63,939 bases of DNA, filler included, from Dugesia japonica (GCA_001938525.1; 5 parts of 5 records of this genome joined end to end with filler, not necessarily neighbours in it); one strand, 5' to 3'. Shown: positions 25,201-39,001, numbered from the whole stretch's first letter. Program-made: numbers and translations. Notes: a model not told the origin generated them from the sequence alone.

Positions 25201-26563
25201 TTTCTGAATCTGACCTTTATCCAGCTCAAAAAATACAAGCGTATAAAATGTTCATTCATTCGCGGCTTACGTACTCTATGCGGAACAGCAACATCCTACA
25301 CATGAAGCTCAACAATCTGCACCATAAGCCTGTTGATGGTTCTCCTGGTGAACCCGGTTTTGACCAAATTGTCAAGAAACTTATTAAAGGTATCATTGAA
25401 GCTCCTAATATCAGCCATAACAATGCTTATCTGTACCCTCCTTCTAATCTAAGAGAACTTAGTCTTATTTCATCAATTGATGAATATTATATTCAATCTA
25501 TCGTTCACGCACTTCGTACTCTTAACTCAGACTCGGAGGTATTTAGGAATTTTGTCACCTGCGAATTAGAGTTGTCTGGTAAACATCGCTTCCGTAAGGA
25601 TACTAGCTTCTCTTTGGAAAAGTGTTTGGATTGGATTAACGACTCTATCCCTCCTCAAGACAAAGCCGATGTTGTTACCTCGTGGTGGACTCGAGTCAGA
25701 ATTGCTATCAAAAGACTTAGAGTAGCGCATAAGATTATAATCTCGTTTTCCAGAGACGACGATCTTATCTCTCTTCGTTTATCTGACTTGGCTGATTATA
25801 ATGAAGACACCAAAATCATCTTCAATAATGAATCAAAATCAAAGACCTGCAAGGCGCTTCACAAAGAGATTGGTTACACCTACTATCAGAATTGGCACAA
25901 TCTATCTACTCAAGGCCTCGTTGCCAATGCTTTTGCTGCTTCTGAAATTCATGAAGAATATTAGCGTTTTGGAGAAGGACTTCTAATTCCTTGTCAGAGC
26001 TAGAAACAACATCCTTCGTACCAATTACAATTCTTACAGGCTCAAAAAGAACATGCCTACTCATTGCAGACAATGCACAAACACACATTTTTAATCACTG
26101 TCCAGCCATGAAGAACCAAAAATACAACAAACACAACAGAATTTTAGAGAAGACTGCATCCACCTTCAGGAAATGGGACTTTGACGTACAAACCAAATTG
26201 AGACCTGATCTTGTTGTGACTAGTAATATGAACAATAAGATTCACATTCTGGATGTCAAAGTACCATACGATTCCATTAAAGGTTTCTCTAAAGTTCGTA
26301 CTGATAACAAAATAAAATATGAAAAAATTCGTAAGGATCTGGGAACCAAGTATCACAAAGAGGTTACTCTCGATGCTCTTGTCATTGGTACTCTTGATTA
26401 ATGGGATCCTGCCAATCACAAAGCTTTCAAAGCTTTTGGACTTTATAATTAAGAAATTAAGCAAATCTCTCAAATTCTGACAGAAAAAGTTATCAAAACT
26501 AGTCATCGGATTTATCTTGATCATATGATAAACGAAGCTAGATTCAATACTATCGATTTTTAA
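19214..26563 (+). mobile_element. NeSL-like RLE-clade non-LTR retrotransposon (ZnF - Ulp1 protease - RT - CCHC/RLE), inactivated by frameshifts and stops
   Basis: C2H2-type fingers at ~22700-22905 and ~23000-23220. Ulp1/C48 protease motifs FPYN.NNSH.IL..VD...LDA and QKNSNDCGIFV (23300-23720). RT with SWRPIAV, WLDLANAFGSLPH, GVKQG.PMS and AYADDL (24917). RLE with THIFNHC..KHNRIL, RPDLV..ILDVKVPYD..KIKY..LVIGTL. Including 19214-21590 in the element is inferred from strand and continuity. Confidence 0.85.
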
Positions 26564-26744
26564 TCCAACATTTGTGATTCAGCAATGACAATACTATTGC
26601 TCGTGTATTTATTATTTTGTTAAAAACATTTTTGAGATGTTGATTTTTTCTAAATCTTTTGTGATCCAAGTTTTGGGTCTGATCAACCCCTTGAATGGTT
26701 AAAAAAATTTTATTTTATTCATTTATTTTTTTTATTATTCAAAA

Positions 26745-28000
26745 TTGCTGATTAAATTGGTTCCGTCGCAAAAGACGAAGAGCCATTCGAAAAGCTTTAT
26801 AATATTTTACTCAATAAGAATAAACTGTATAAAAGGCAAGTGCTGAAAGATTACTCTAATAATACCTAACTAGGGAACAATAAATCAACTTATTTTCCAC
26901 ACCAGCTCAAGCACAATTCAGAAAATGTTCAATCAAATATAACTCCAACTCAACCGAGTTATTAAAAATGTTTTCTACGCGAGCAATATAATTCGAATCA
27001 CGGAAAATCCTTGCAGACAGTAATACGGACAAAGTAGAAACACGGCCAGAAATAGCAGATAAAATAAATAAAGAAATTAATCCCGTCATCTGTAGCACCA
27101 AATATCAAATGAACTAAGACAGTAACACAAAATTACTGATAAAATCCCTGATGTCCAAAATGGACAACGTATTCACAAAAAATAAGCAAATCAAAGAAGA
27201 AATAAATGAAATAAAAAATTCTCGAAAACGAGAACAAAATTACGGCTCTCACTGAAACTACGACAGTAGGACACATTCTAGGGTCTTACCACAAAATCGA
27301 TTCCATTCAGGTAATTAGAATCACAAACCATTTGACAACAAACACGAAAATAAAAACACAAACTGGTGTTATTTTCACAGAAAATTTGCGGACAAAGACT
27401 ATACGTGCGTCAAACCGTGTAGATACAATCTAAAAAAGAGAAAACCGAAAATGTCGCCAGTAGTAGAACCTGCATTCGGTCACAATAATCACATTTTCGC
27501 GGTAAATTTAAATAACATTGAATTTTTAATAGATACCGGTTCAATGATTTTACTACTTTCACATTACCTTTATAAAAACAGCTCCAGAACAAGCAAAAAA
27601 TTAAATGCAACCAATGGTTCAACTATTAACACGTTTGGTGATAAGCACCTAACAATCACCGTTAATAACAGAACCTACAAATAAACCTTCACAATCTCTG
27701 AAGTCCCGCAGGCTATAATAGGAGCAGATTTCTTGACATCCCACAAGTTGCTGGTAGATTGTCATAACAAAACAAGGATAGAAAATACAAACAATGGTAA
27801 CCTAGTAAATACAACACAGCTCAACAGAACAAAAAACCAAAATAGACATTTGAGTAGTGAACATAACCCCAACAGAATATCACAAACATAATTTAACAAT
27901 CCTGAACGAAAAAAACATTTTATTGTAAAAAAATACAAAAGTATTACAGAAGACAAAAGTTACTCGAAACTTTTCCTTCATAACAGAGCACGCTATCATA
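26745..28000 (+). mobile_element. Ty3/Gypsy gag-protease remnant
   Basis: EPFEKLYNILL...LGNNKS...RKILA...IADKI gag pattern, WCYFHRKF...CVKPC, protease FLIDTGS (27520) and AIIGADFL. Confidence 0.8.
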
Positions 28001-28009
28001 ACTAATGGT

Positions 28010-29220
28010 AATCCAGTGCACGCAAAATTTGTTTGACAATGGCATTATTAGAAAGTGTAGTTCACCATAGAACACTCCGTTAATATGTGTTTCCAAAAAA
28101 AGGAAAGACGTTAGATAATGTCTAGATTTTAGAAAACTGAATGCAAACACAGAAAGACAGGCATTTCTGATGCCCAATGTAGAGGAAATACTAGACAATT
28201 TAAGTGTTGCAAGATAATTTAGTACTATTGATTTGGCTAATGCATATTATCAAGTTCCGTTACATAAAAATTCACAAGAGAAAACAGCATTTTCTACAAA
28301 AAATGGACAGTATTGTTTCACAAGAATGCCTTTCGGTATAGCTGCAGCACCGTGAACGTTTCAAGAACTAATGACAAAAGTATTAGGAAGATTGCGAGGA
28401 ACAATGATATACATAGATGATATATTGACTTTTTCAGAAAATTTAGAGCAGCACTATAGAAATTTAAAAGAATTTAAAAGAATTTAAGAATCAGGATTGA
28501 GAATTAATCCAGAAAAATGTCATTCATTGCTAGCAGAAGTCAAATTTTAGGACATATCATAGACAAAAATGAAGTTCAAACTGATCCAACAAAAATTAAA
28601 GTGATAAAAAATTTCGGAAGACCTAAATGATTAAAAAATTTGAGAATCATTTTGAGAATATGCAATTACTATAGACGGTTCTCAATAAATACTCAAAGAA
28701 AGCTAGAAGCTTGGAAGAGTTATGTGGAAGTAATAATACAAAACTTGTGTGGTTTCAAAGTTGTGATAAAGTTTTTAATGATATGAAAGAGGCATTTACA
28801 AAAGCACCGATATTGACTTTTCCAGATACCAAAAAGATGTTTGTACTAGATACAGATGCAAGTTTTTATGCTATCAAAGCAGTTTTATTGCAAATAGATA
28901 AAAAAGGTATAGAACAAGTCATTGCATATGGGTCACATGCAATTGCAGCTCATGAAAGAGAATATTGTATAACAAGAAAAGAATTATTGGCCATTTATTA
29001 TTTTTGTAATCATTTTAAACATTATTTATATGGAAAAAGATTTTTTCTGAGAACAGATCACAAGGCAATCGCATTTATAAAAAAGACAAACAAGCCAATT
29101 ACCCCGCAATTTCAGACTTGGGTGGATTTTCTTAGTAGCCTAAATATGGTTTTGGAGTTAAGACAAGGTGCGAAACACACGAATGCAGATATGCTGTCGA
29201 GAATGAATTGAAGTATGTGT
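28010..29220 (+). mobile_element. Ty3/Gypsy RT-RNase H remnant (same family as 43985-47920)
   Basis: CLDFRKLN, IDLANAYYQV, MPFGIAAAP, YIDDIL, FVLDTDAS, RTDHKA, KPITPQFQTW, HTNADMLSR; closely similar in DNA to 45780-46960. Confidence 0.9.
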
Positions 29221-30199
29221 GTAGATTAACTAATCCTTTCTCCAACACGTATCTCCTTGATTATTTTTGTACCCTCCGGGGTATGACCTAAAAGCTGGAG
29301 GATTTGTGCAACTCCTTATATATTCTCTGTTTCCGTATTCAGCTGATCCTCGTGGTAACCCGACTTGCTTATTTTAATAACATTGTTTTGACTTCTGTTA
29401 TCCTAACCGTTCAGCATCACTTGTCGTTTTAGTTCGTCGTCTGCTCATCTTCAAACACACATTCCTTCATAACCGTTATATTTCCTCAACCGTGGACCTC
29501 TTTTTCCTCTTGATTGTAACTCCTACACAGAGTACAAATGTTTGCAACGAGAACCACCTCTCGATCAGCGTACGCTTTACGATGTCTTCAATTACTAGAC
29601 AGCTCATTCTCATGTTCATTTCTCGCCAAAGCAAGAGTTGATTTTGTTCCACCAGCGTGCTGTTCCGCTGGCGTAGCGTAGATACTTCTTTTTTTTTAAA
29701 CGATCTGCTTGCGTTTTCAATCTTAGTTACGATTCCTCCTTAGCCGTCCATATTTGTTTTCACATTTCTTCGTTGAAAACTTAACGAAAGAACAAAAAAA
29801 ATAATTTCATATCTTATATCGTTTTACCACCAGCTCCTATTACTATCCTTAAGACGCTTTTACCCTCATGACTAAACCAACATAATCCAAAAGAGAACAC
29901 TCAATATCTTGATAATATTGTTGTGCTAGAACACCGATATTAATAAAAATTAAAAGGGAGGAGGTCAAGGAAGTAATAGTATGGTAGTGTATGATGTTTC
30001 GGATTTTATTGTAAGAATGTTGTGGAAAGATTATTTATTTTTGAATGTATGGCATGTTTTGTTATTGTATATATATCTGCAAATTATAGAAAATCACGAA
30101 TTCTGTAGTATGAAATCGATTATATTATCATTATTATTAGGATATAATTAAGATTTGTTAAAATTAATACTAGAATTATTATCGATATATTATTATTAG

Positions 30200-30259
<60 letters not shown>

Positions 30260-30309
30260 NNNNNNNNNNNNNNNNNNNNNNNNNNNNNNNNNNNNNNNNN
30301 NNNNNNNNN

Positions 30310-30374
<65 letters not shown>

Positions 30375-30376
30375 GT
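30200..30376. repeat. (ATT)n microsatellite spanning a gap
   Basis: Pure tattat runs on both sides of the N gap. Confidence 0.95.
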
Positions 30377-30538
30377 TGTTAGGCTGAAACACCTGGTACC
30401 GAAAATAAAAATAGCGATAAGTATACTCGAAATTCAAAAAAATTGTCGTCAAAAAAGAACCAAAGAAATAACCAAAATTACAGCAAGAAACAACTCAGAA
30501 ATAAGTAAACCAGAGAAGAAAAGAAGTAATAGAAGCTG
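30377..30538 (-). mobile_element. Terminal fragment of the 55375-56965 LTR family (opposite end), abutting (ATT)n
   Basis: tgttaggctgaaacacctggtaccgaaaataaaaatagcg matches the reverse complement of 56925-56965; the downstream caagaaacaactcagaaataag also matches ~56780-56803. Confidence 0.75.
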
Positions 30539-30638
30539 NNNNNNNNNNNNNNNNNNNNNNNNNNNNNNNNNNNNNNNNNNNNTTAATTAATTAANNNNNN
30601 NNNNNNNNNNNNNNNNNNNNNNNNNNNNNNNNNNNNNN
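30539..30638. other. Artificial contig linker
   Basis: 44N-TTAATTAATTAA-44N. Confidence 0.95.
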
Positions 30639-30714
30639 TTTTATATTACAGTACTTATTATGATAAATCTATTTTAAAATTTTTTTTAAAACTTAAAAAT
30701 TATTTTTTTAACTA

Positions 30715-31005
30715 TTCGTTTTTAACAACAAAAATTTTTTATTTAAACAAATTTTTAACAAGCAAAGATCAAAGTTGCTGTTCTACTATTTTCAATATTT
30801 CGACATAGCTTTCTTCAGGAACTATTGTTCAGTAAATTCTTATTACAAATTTTGACATAGAGACAGATTTTAAATAAATTTGAGTAAAATCAATTTTTAT
30901 TGGTTTTTAATTATAATATAAAATTGAATAAATTAAAAACAGCAACTTTGATCTTTGCTTGTTAAAAATTTCTTTTAAATAAAAATTTTTGTTGTTAAAA
31001 ACGAA
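30715..31005. mobile_element. Foldback/MITE with ~70-bp terminal inverted repeats
   Basis: ttcgtttttaacaacaaaaa...aacaagcaaagatcaaagttgctgtt and its near-perfect reverse complement at 30938-31005. Confidence 0.8.
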
Positions 31006-32121
31006 ATTAAGTATTCATTATATTCTACTTATTGAATTGCTCTGTTTTAAATAATTTGGAAATACCATACATAACAAAATTATTTCAAAATCGTTAATAG
31101 GTTTCCAAATATTTAGTTACCTGAGAGAGAATATCGTAAATAAATATACATGAAAATTGATAACAAATTTATCTAAATGAAACAACATTAAACTTTCAAG
31201 CTTATTATATAAAAATATTAAAAATAATTCAGAAAAAAGAGGAAATTATTCATATTCAAACTGGAGCCATTGAAAAGCAACTATGTTAACACTTTAATTA
31301 TACATAATTGTAGCGCAACAGCTATAACAAGCTTTGCCAAATATAAATGTATTCATAGCCTTCAACCATTCTTTGATCAAATCTCAATGAAGCATGCTAT
31401 GTATAATTATCAATGAACACAACAATAGTGATTGTCTGAATTCATTTTTTTAATTTTGTTGATCAAAAGTTTCACTAGAACACCAACAAACAAATATAAA
31501 AATGCTACTAAATTTATGTTAGTCAATTTGAAACTTAATGACTTGTTGCATAAAACAACCTAAAAGTACAAAAGTAAAAATTTGTTTATAATTTATAAAT
31601 TTGTGACATTTGAAAATAATTATCTAAAAATGTAAATAAAACAAATTTCATAAATCGAAAAATTAACAAAAATAAAATATCAACTTACGAAAAGATTTAA
31701 ACTAGGTAACATAAAAATAAATAAGTTGGAAATTAAGAAAATAATTTAAAAATTTTAAAACAAGTTTTAATGAAAATAAAGAAACCAATCATTTTAAATA
31801 ATTAAAAAAAAGTTTATGAAAAAGTTGGAATGAAATAACATCGTTGGAATCAGAAACAAAATTTGAAACTGAGTCGATATCAAATTTTGATAAGAGTTGC
31901 ATACAATCACGAAATTAAGTCATTAGATTCTGATTGTTGTAAAGAGTTGCCTCAAAAGAGTAGACAACATTAGATTTTGTTCTGAATTGATATGAAACAT
32001 TATCTTTCGTCCATAAATTCACAAATGGAAACCTATTTTAAGTTTTTATTTGTTCAACTGTAATATTAATGCAGATTTAATCAATATTTTTTATTGAAAT
32101 ATTCTGCTGAAGAACACTTAT

Positions 32122-32488
32122 AAAGACGTCCATTAATTATGCCTAAGAAATTGGGGAAAGGGAGGTTGACATGGGTGGTGAGGGTTAAAGATTAATTACC
32201 TCAACAATAGCTGTATTCTTAAATGACATCATATACATAGTTTTTCCTTTATAATGCCTGTTAACTTTATGGAAACTTGCTATAACCAATAGAATACGGT
32301 AATAGGAAAGTTGGTTATTTATGTGGGATATCACAATAAAATACGGTTAGTTTGTAGGGAGAGAAGAGTTGAAATTTTATGACATAATTTTATAGGGGGA
32401 CAAAGAAATTTTTAGAGCTGTTGAAAAGGGTAAAAAATCAATTTATTAAAAAGCCTTAAAATTGTTGTCATAATTAATGGACGTTCTT
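32122..32488. mobile_element. MITE, probably PIF/Harbinger-like
   Basis: Inverted ends acgtccattaattatg / cataattaatggacgt. The superfamily call rests on TIR resemblance only. Confidence 0.6.
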
Positions 32489-33470
32489 ACAGGTACAGCT
32501 GGAGTTATGATTGTAATGGCTTCGGTTATACGTTCCTCGAAATAATTTGTTTTGTGTCCGAAATTTTCTAAACCACTTTGTTGTTTCCCAGTGATAACGA
32601 AGTATTTTTCAATGACAGTCTTTTAGACAACGTGTACAGTTTTTTTATTCTGATCCTAATGGTATCAAAATATTTAAAAAATTATTTATAATTATAATTA
32701 ATAATATAGTATCTTATGAAGGAAACAATTTTCAGTATGACGTTTAGACAATGTATAGACAGATATTTATTCTGAATCGAATGGTACCAATTTGGAAACC
32801 AATCGATAATTTTTGACCGAGAAAATAATAAACCAAAGTTCAAGTGATTTAGTGCGCTACACCCCTTCCACTGAGAACGAAGCATTTTTTGATAGCCTTT
32901 TAAACAGTTTTTAATTCTGAGTCCAATGATACCAAATTTGAAGCTATACGATAAAATTTGTCCAAAAAAAATCGAAACTAAAATACCGATTTTCGAACAA
33001 TAAAATTCGAAATCGATTCTATTGAAAAGTATGTGCAAAATTTCTAAATCACTTTTTTGGCGGGTGGGTGCCGTTTAGTGCACCAATATCTACCTACTAC
33101 TATGGCTTCAAATGACTAAAAAAATAAAAATGAAGCGGAGTGAAATCTTGGGATCTTGGATAAAGATAAATAAAAATGGTTTTCATAATAAATGTTAATT
33201 TTTCATAAGTATGGAAACTTGTGGGACAGCTTGTATAAATGTAAGTATTTCATTGGTTTAATGGGGCAAAAACAGATGATATCAACAACAGTTATAACGA
33301 CTTTAATTTTTATATATTAATAAATATTTTAATTCAAATTAATGTTGGTTACATGTTTAAGTTAAAACTAAAAGATAATAATTATTTACATAAATTTTTA
33401 TTTATCTGTTTTACTGTGACAATTTTAACTTTTAAATCAACTTTTTTACGTTTTCAATAAAAAAACCAAC

Positions 33471-36400
33471 TTTTAACTGTGATAATTTTTTCTCATATTC
33501 ATTTTTAACTTTTCGAACCCTCTCCTCATTTGTGACTTCTACTTCTCCAAGATTTGCCAGAACTTGATCTCTTTCCTGTTCTGTTTCTTTGATTCTATTT
33601 TGTAAGGCTTCTAATTGAGTTTCATAATGTTCACGAATTTTTTTCAACTGCTTTTGTTTAGTTTGTAATTCACTAATAAGGCGTTTTTTAACATCGATTT
33701 CTGTAGATAAAGTAGCTAAGCTTTGATGTAAATAATTTTCAGCGTCTTGATCTAAATTATCTCAAAAATTATATAAATGAGTTATGAAATCATATTTTAC
33801 TTTCTGCATCACTATCATCGTCATCATCGTAGCTATCTTCTGCATTACTGACTTCTTCAGCATCCCCATTTAAACTATCTTTATCAACATCACTTGATGC
33901 AGACGGACCTGGTGGATTTGTATCTCCAGTTTCACTAATTGAACATATAAAGGTAGATCCATTTTCAATGTCACAAACTTCTGATTTTTTCGCTAAATAA
34001 ATATAATCAAAATTTTATATTTTTATATTAGAAGTTAAACAATAACGTAACGAAATATCAAAATAAAATAAAGATCCTGCAATCAAAAAATAAAAAAAAT
34101 AATTGCAAAGAAATTCAATAACAAGTAATTACTTTTTCTTCTTTTAGGGTGAACAATAAAAGAATCCCAATCGGTACTTATAGTACTTTCAAATACAGAT
34201 TCATCTTCTGGAAACTCACCTGACATAGAAATATGAGCGTGCTTTGAAAATTCAACTGTGGAAGACATTGTATTAGATCTTTGCAAAACATTGACCATAG
34301 CTTCGGCTTCAGCTAATTTAGCTCTAAATGAATTTTATTATTATTGTTGTTATTATTATTATAACTATTATTATTACTAGGTATTTTATGAGCGGCAAGC
34401 CGCATCGTAATAAAAGAATGCACATAGAGAAAAATCATTTGTAGAATATTTTTTGAATTAAATTTTTTTATGCATTATTATACTTTTACAAATGTGTCAT
34501 GTAAATGTGGGCTACTAAAAGGGTTCCAATCAATAACCAACCTTTTAGGAACCTAATTTTGGTCTTTTTGTTTGTTTGCTCAAGAGACCTTATATTGTTC
34601 GACATAAGTGCTTTCCTCCTACTCTCTTTCTTCCTACTTTCCAACGAGCCTCTTGTCCCAATTAATTTTTTCACCAATCACTCGCATTAATTGGCACATC
34701 AATTACTTCAGGAAGTTGCCTTATCATGTTCACTTCCATGTTCGTCTTTTAGCTATAGTTTAAAATTTTAAGCGTCACGAACAAACAAATGAACAAACAT
34801 ACACCACTGGGTTTTTCATATATCAATTTTAAAAGCTATATAAAAAAACCCAATTTTTGAATAATATTGGACATCACTCACAAACAAACACACACTACAG
34901 GGTTTTAAATATATTAATAAAAACTGAAACTTTTCACCATTATTTTCAAAATTTAAAATTTTTTTTCAGAATTTTTAAATTATCTGGTTTTAATAAATTT
35001 TTCTGTATATTTTTAAAATGATCATCATTGAAGTTAACCATTTTAGAATCCTTTTCTTGCTTATTTTCTGAATAATTTTTATTAAATCTTTCAAAATTTT
35101 TATATTTTAATAATTTTTGAATAAAATAAACCAAACATACGCTATTGGGTTTTTAATATATTAATTGAAAATTTTAAAATCTATAATAAACAATCAGTTT
35201 TTAAAATTTTATGAATAATATTGAGCATCACGCACAAACATACAGACAAACAAATAAACACACCACTGGGCTTTTCATATAATTATGATATTATTAAAAT
35301 TCTAAGGTTTTCGAAATAAATTATAAAATGACCTGATTATAGAATTTCTATAAAACAAAATTTAAGTTTCATTAATTCGATGAAATCAAATAGTAGCATT
35401 TAATGCAATATATTATAATTGTTATGCTGTACAGAATGTAGGAGAATTTAAATCGATATTCACATAATAGAAGATTAGAACAATACAATGTTGAAATATT
35501 GAATATGTCATTAGCAAGAATAAAAATACTGACATCAATCGTAAATATCTAAAAATAATAAAACTGAAATATCAGAAATTTAAAGTTTTTTCAATAGGTA
35601 AAATGATTTTACCATTTTATACATTATTTATAAGTAACATTTTTGTAAAGATTGAATTTTAATTTTTCGTCGATATGAGAAAAATGTGACAATTTTGATA
35701 GAGTATGATTTTTTGTATACAATTTATTTATACGTTAATTATTATTTTAATGTGACAGTAAATGGTTACAAAACAAACATGAGTGATTCTATTGATTTAT
35801 AGTTCTAGGATAATATCCACCGGGACAATTATTTAATTATATTATGCATATAATTATTTATGATAAAAAGATTTTATAAGTAAAAATAATTAAAATTTTG
35901 AGGAATATTATTTTCTTTACAATTGCAAATTAAAATTATTTCAAATAATTATTTATGATATTAAAACCAAAAAAAGTTTTTATAAGCAAATTTTTATAAG
36001 CAAAATGAGTCTAGGACAATATTGTAAATTTGCACATGCCCTAAAATCCTGTGTATAACACGCACATGTATTTTCCATAAAAATATTACTTTTTTTCTTG
36101 TATAAGACGGATTTTCTTAAATCTAGCTTAGAGCTTTTATGATATGAAATTTTAAAATTATTAAAGATTTATTACGTTTTGATTTTCATAAAGTTTATTC
36201 GATTACTTAAAGCCGCCAAAGTTAATCACAATGACTGGTGCAGAAAAGTGTAACTTTACCGTTGTTCTCTTAGTGACTTCAGATGGTGGGAAACTTCCGC
36301 CAATGGTTATATTTCAAAGAAAGACACTCCAAAAAGAAAAGTTTCCGGCTGGAATTTGCGTAACAGCTAATGAAAAAGTCTGGAAGAATGAAGATTTCTT

Positions 36401-39001
36401 TACAATTTGGTTAGAAGAGATTTGGAGGAAAAGACCTGGATCATTTTTAAAGCCTAAATCTGTTCTTATTATTGATTCTGCTCCATGTCACTTAACTCCT
36501 ATGGTTGAGATAAAAAACATTCCCAAATTGCTGTAATACGAGATAGTCTTACTAAAAAATTACAGCCTTAGACATATCAGCTTTAAAAGTCATATACGGA
36601 ACAAATGGGGAAAATGGATGATTGAAGACTATCACACATTTACAAAATGCGAAAAGCATCAGTTTCAGAGGTTTGTAAATGGATTGTTGAAGCCTGGTCT
36701 TTAGTGACAACAAATTGTGTTAAAATTGGCTTGTAGAAAGCGCAAATTTTAAGCAATGGCAAAACTTTTATTAATTGTGAGTCAAGTGAAGGAATAAAGA
36801 GGAATGCTGAAATTTTGGAAGAACAGCTTCCTCAACCCTTTCTTAATCTTATGGATTCTCTTACTGTCGAATCAGAAGAAAATTATCATTAAAAATAAAA
36901 TACATATATGTATGTAGTTAAAGTTTTTTATTCATTTCGACTTTATTTTACTAATTTTTAAATGTACCCGTGTATAAACGCACACGTATTTTCCATAAAA
37001 AATGCTACTTTTTTTTATTGTATAACACGCGTGTTATACACAGGATTTTAGGGTATATACATTTTCTCAAAGTACTCCTGAAACTCTTCAAGATCTCAAA
37101 AATAATTTCTTAATAAATTTTTATAAATTAATTTTTCTAAACTTGAATAGTTAACTTGACTTCAGCTTATTTTCAAAATAACAATTTCCATAATTCTCAA
37201 GTCAACTTTTTCACAATAACAGAATATTACTTATGAATTATCATTCCAAAGTTAAATTATTTTTGCGAAAGTTATCAATAACTTGTTTACTAAAAAATTA
37301 TTGTCTTAATTCAAAAATCGATTTGTTTTAAATTCAAGAAATGAAGATATAGTCTGAAAAAACAAAGAAACTCCACAACAAATCATCACTCAATCTCTTT
37401 CAACGATAACAAGAGATTATTTAATTATCTTTGCATATAAAATCTTTTTTTGGTTTTAAATAATTATATGAAAAATATAATTAAATAATTGTCCGGGGGG
37501 TATTGTCCTGATACCTTGATTTATATAGCAGCATTGTTAAATATTATATAAATGATTTTATATTTTTGTAAATTAATTCCATAACAAGAGATGCTTGCTA
37601 GATTCCGAACAAATACTTCTTGATTTTGGTAAATGAATTAGAAAATGAAAAACATTGCAAAAAAAACAATACAATAATTTAAAAGCTGTCACGAGACTCT
37701 TGTGTCAATTTCAAAATTCAAAAATATAATAAAGAAATATCTTTTAAGACTTCATTTCACAGACTATTAACCCTTTGATGTCCGATGGTACTAGAAAGTA
37801 CCATCATGTAAATATACGCTTAAAACTATAACAGAGTTTTATTTATCTACATTCGCTAGCAGGAAATAAAACATAGCCTAACAAAAAAATAATACAAAAT
37901 AATTTTTTNAAAAAATCGGGAATTTTAAATTTTTACTTATTTCAGACTAAAAAGGGTTAATTCAAACGATAAGGTGTTTGACAAATAGACTCTCCGGTAG
38001 GAACACCAAGGTATTGATAAAATTCACGAATTGTGTTTAATTCATGGATAAGGAATCTAACACAATTGATGAATGTTATCAATACCTTGGTGTTCCAATT
38101 GGAGAGTCTACTGATCAAACACCTTATCAACTGTTGGATCTGATGCTGAAAAACTGGCAAGTTCTGATTTATTTGGTTGGCAAAACTAAAATCGAACAAA
38201 GTCTTTCTCCATTCTAGATTGGTATTTCCNNNNNNNNNNNNNNNNNNNNNNNNNNNNNNNNNNNNNNNNNNNNNNNNNNNNNNNNNNNNNNNNNNNNNNN
38301 NNNNNNNNNNNNNNNNNNNNNNNNNNNNNNNNNNNNNNNNNNNNNNNNNNNNNNNNNNNNNNNNNNNNNNNNNNNNNNNNNNNNNNNNNNNNNNNNNNNN
38401 NNNNNNNNNNNNNNNNNNNNNNNNNNNNNNNNTTTGAAAAATGGAAGAATAAGAATATAATCATACATAATTCTTACAGAATATATGAAGATAGGCAAAG
38501 GAATAACGATGATTAAGATAAAATTACAGAAAACTTTTGGATTTTCAATTTAAAATATACAACAGAAATTTAGTTTACAAATCATTCATAAAAGTAATTA
38601 ATAATACCTTAATCCTTCTACCTCAAGCGTATATTTTTCGACGACTTTCATAATCTCCTCAGATTCCAAATCCAAAATATTTACTTCAAAACCATTGTTA
38701 TTTTGTTTAATCATTTGCCAATTGAAAGACTCCTTTTCCGCAAGAACTTGGGCATTACGTGCCTTTTAAAATTCAAATATCAAAAGAAGATAATTTAATT
38801 TACCAAAGTTTATTATAAATTATAATTATAGAAAGAGTAGCACTTTAGCATGAAATGAAAACTTACTTTTAGAGATTCAATAGTTTCTGATAAAGCTTTA
38901 ATTTTAAGTCGTAAACCTTGATTTTCGGATTGCAATATATTATTTTCAGTGTATATATCACTGAACCCACCTTCGTCTTTTGAATCGGCTGATCTTTTAC
39001 C
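33471..39001 (-). CDS. KIF21: KIF21-like kinesin-4, internal coiled-coil exons 38867-39001, 38608-38762, 34133-34323, 33801-33992, 33471-33751 (gene continues beyond the contig)
   Basis: GT-AG exons splice in phase to GKRSADSKDEGGFSDIYTENNILQSENQGLRLKIKALSETIESLK...YTLEVEGLRAKLAEAEAM...acidic linker...LATLSTEIDVKKRLISELQ...YETQLEALQNRIKETEQERDQVLANLG...RKVKNEYEKKL. This is collinear with the post-motor stalk of KIF21A/B. Confidence 0.9.
34375..35285 (+). mobile_element. Non-autonomous Helentron/DINE-like element(s) in the KIF21 intron
   Basis: Starts TACTAG next to a short hairpin (gcggcaagccgc). Three copies of a (caaa)n-acaccactgggttttcatat end at ~34770-34822, ~34870-34915 and ~35225-35283. 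The family call is by resemblance. Confidence 0.5.
35801..37515. mobile_element. Mutator-like (MULE) non-autonomous element with long TIRs and 9-bp TSD
   Basis: TTGATTTAT at 35792-35800 and 37516-37524; ~80-bp imperfect inverted ends (ggacaattatttaattatatt...). Confidence 0.75.
36039..37053 (+). mobile_element. Internally deleted pogo/Tc2-like DDE transposon nested in the MULE element
   Basis: Perfect 25-bp TIRs ccctaaaatcctgtgtataacacgc (36039-36063 / 37029-37053), followed by TA on the right. Transposase remnant TGAEKCNFTVVL..DGGKLPPMVIF..VLIIDSAPCH..LQPLD. Confidence 0.9.
37771..37956. mobile_element. piggyBac-like MITE
   Basis: TTAA|CCCTTT...AAAGGG|TTAA. Confidence 0.75.

Noticed and set aside
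26747-26795. Hammerhead-like CTGATTA-stem-CGAAA just 3' of the non-LTR element
   Set aside because: The core has T instead of the required G8, no stems I/III are evident, and the segment reads as Gypsy gag (VAKDEEPFEKL).
29230-29900. GC-richer minus-strand coding remnant
   Set aside because: No frame or motif I can support; probably TE debris.
30120-30452. Poly-Asn ORF
   Set aside because: Translation of an (ATT)n microsatellite and N gap.
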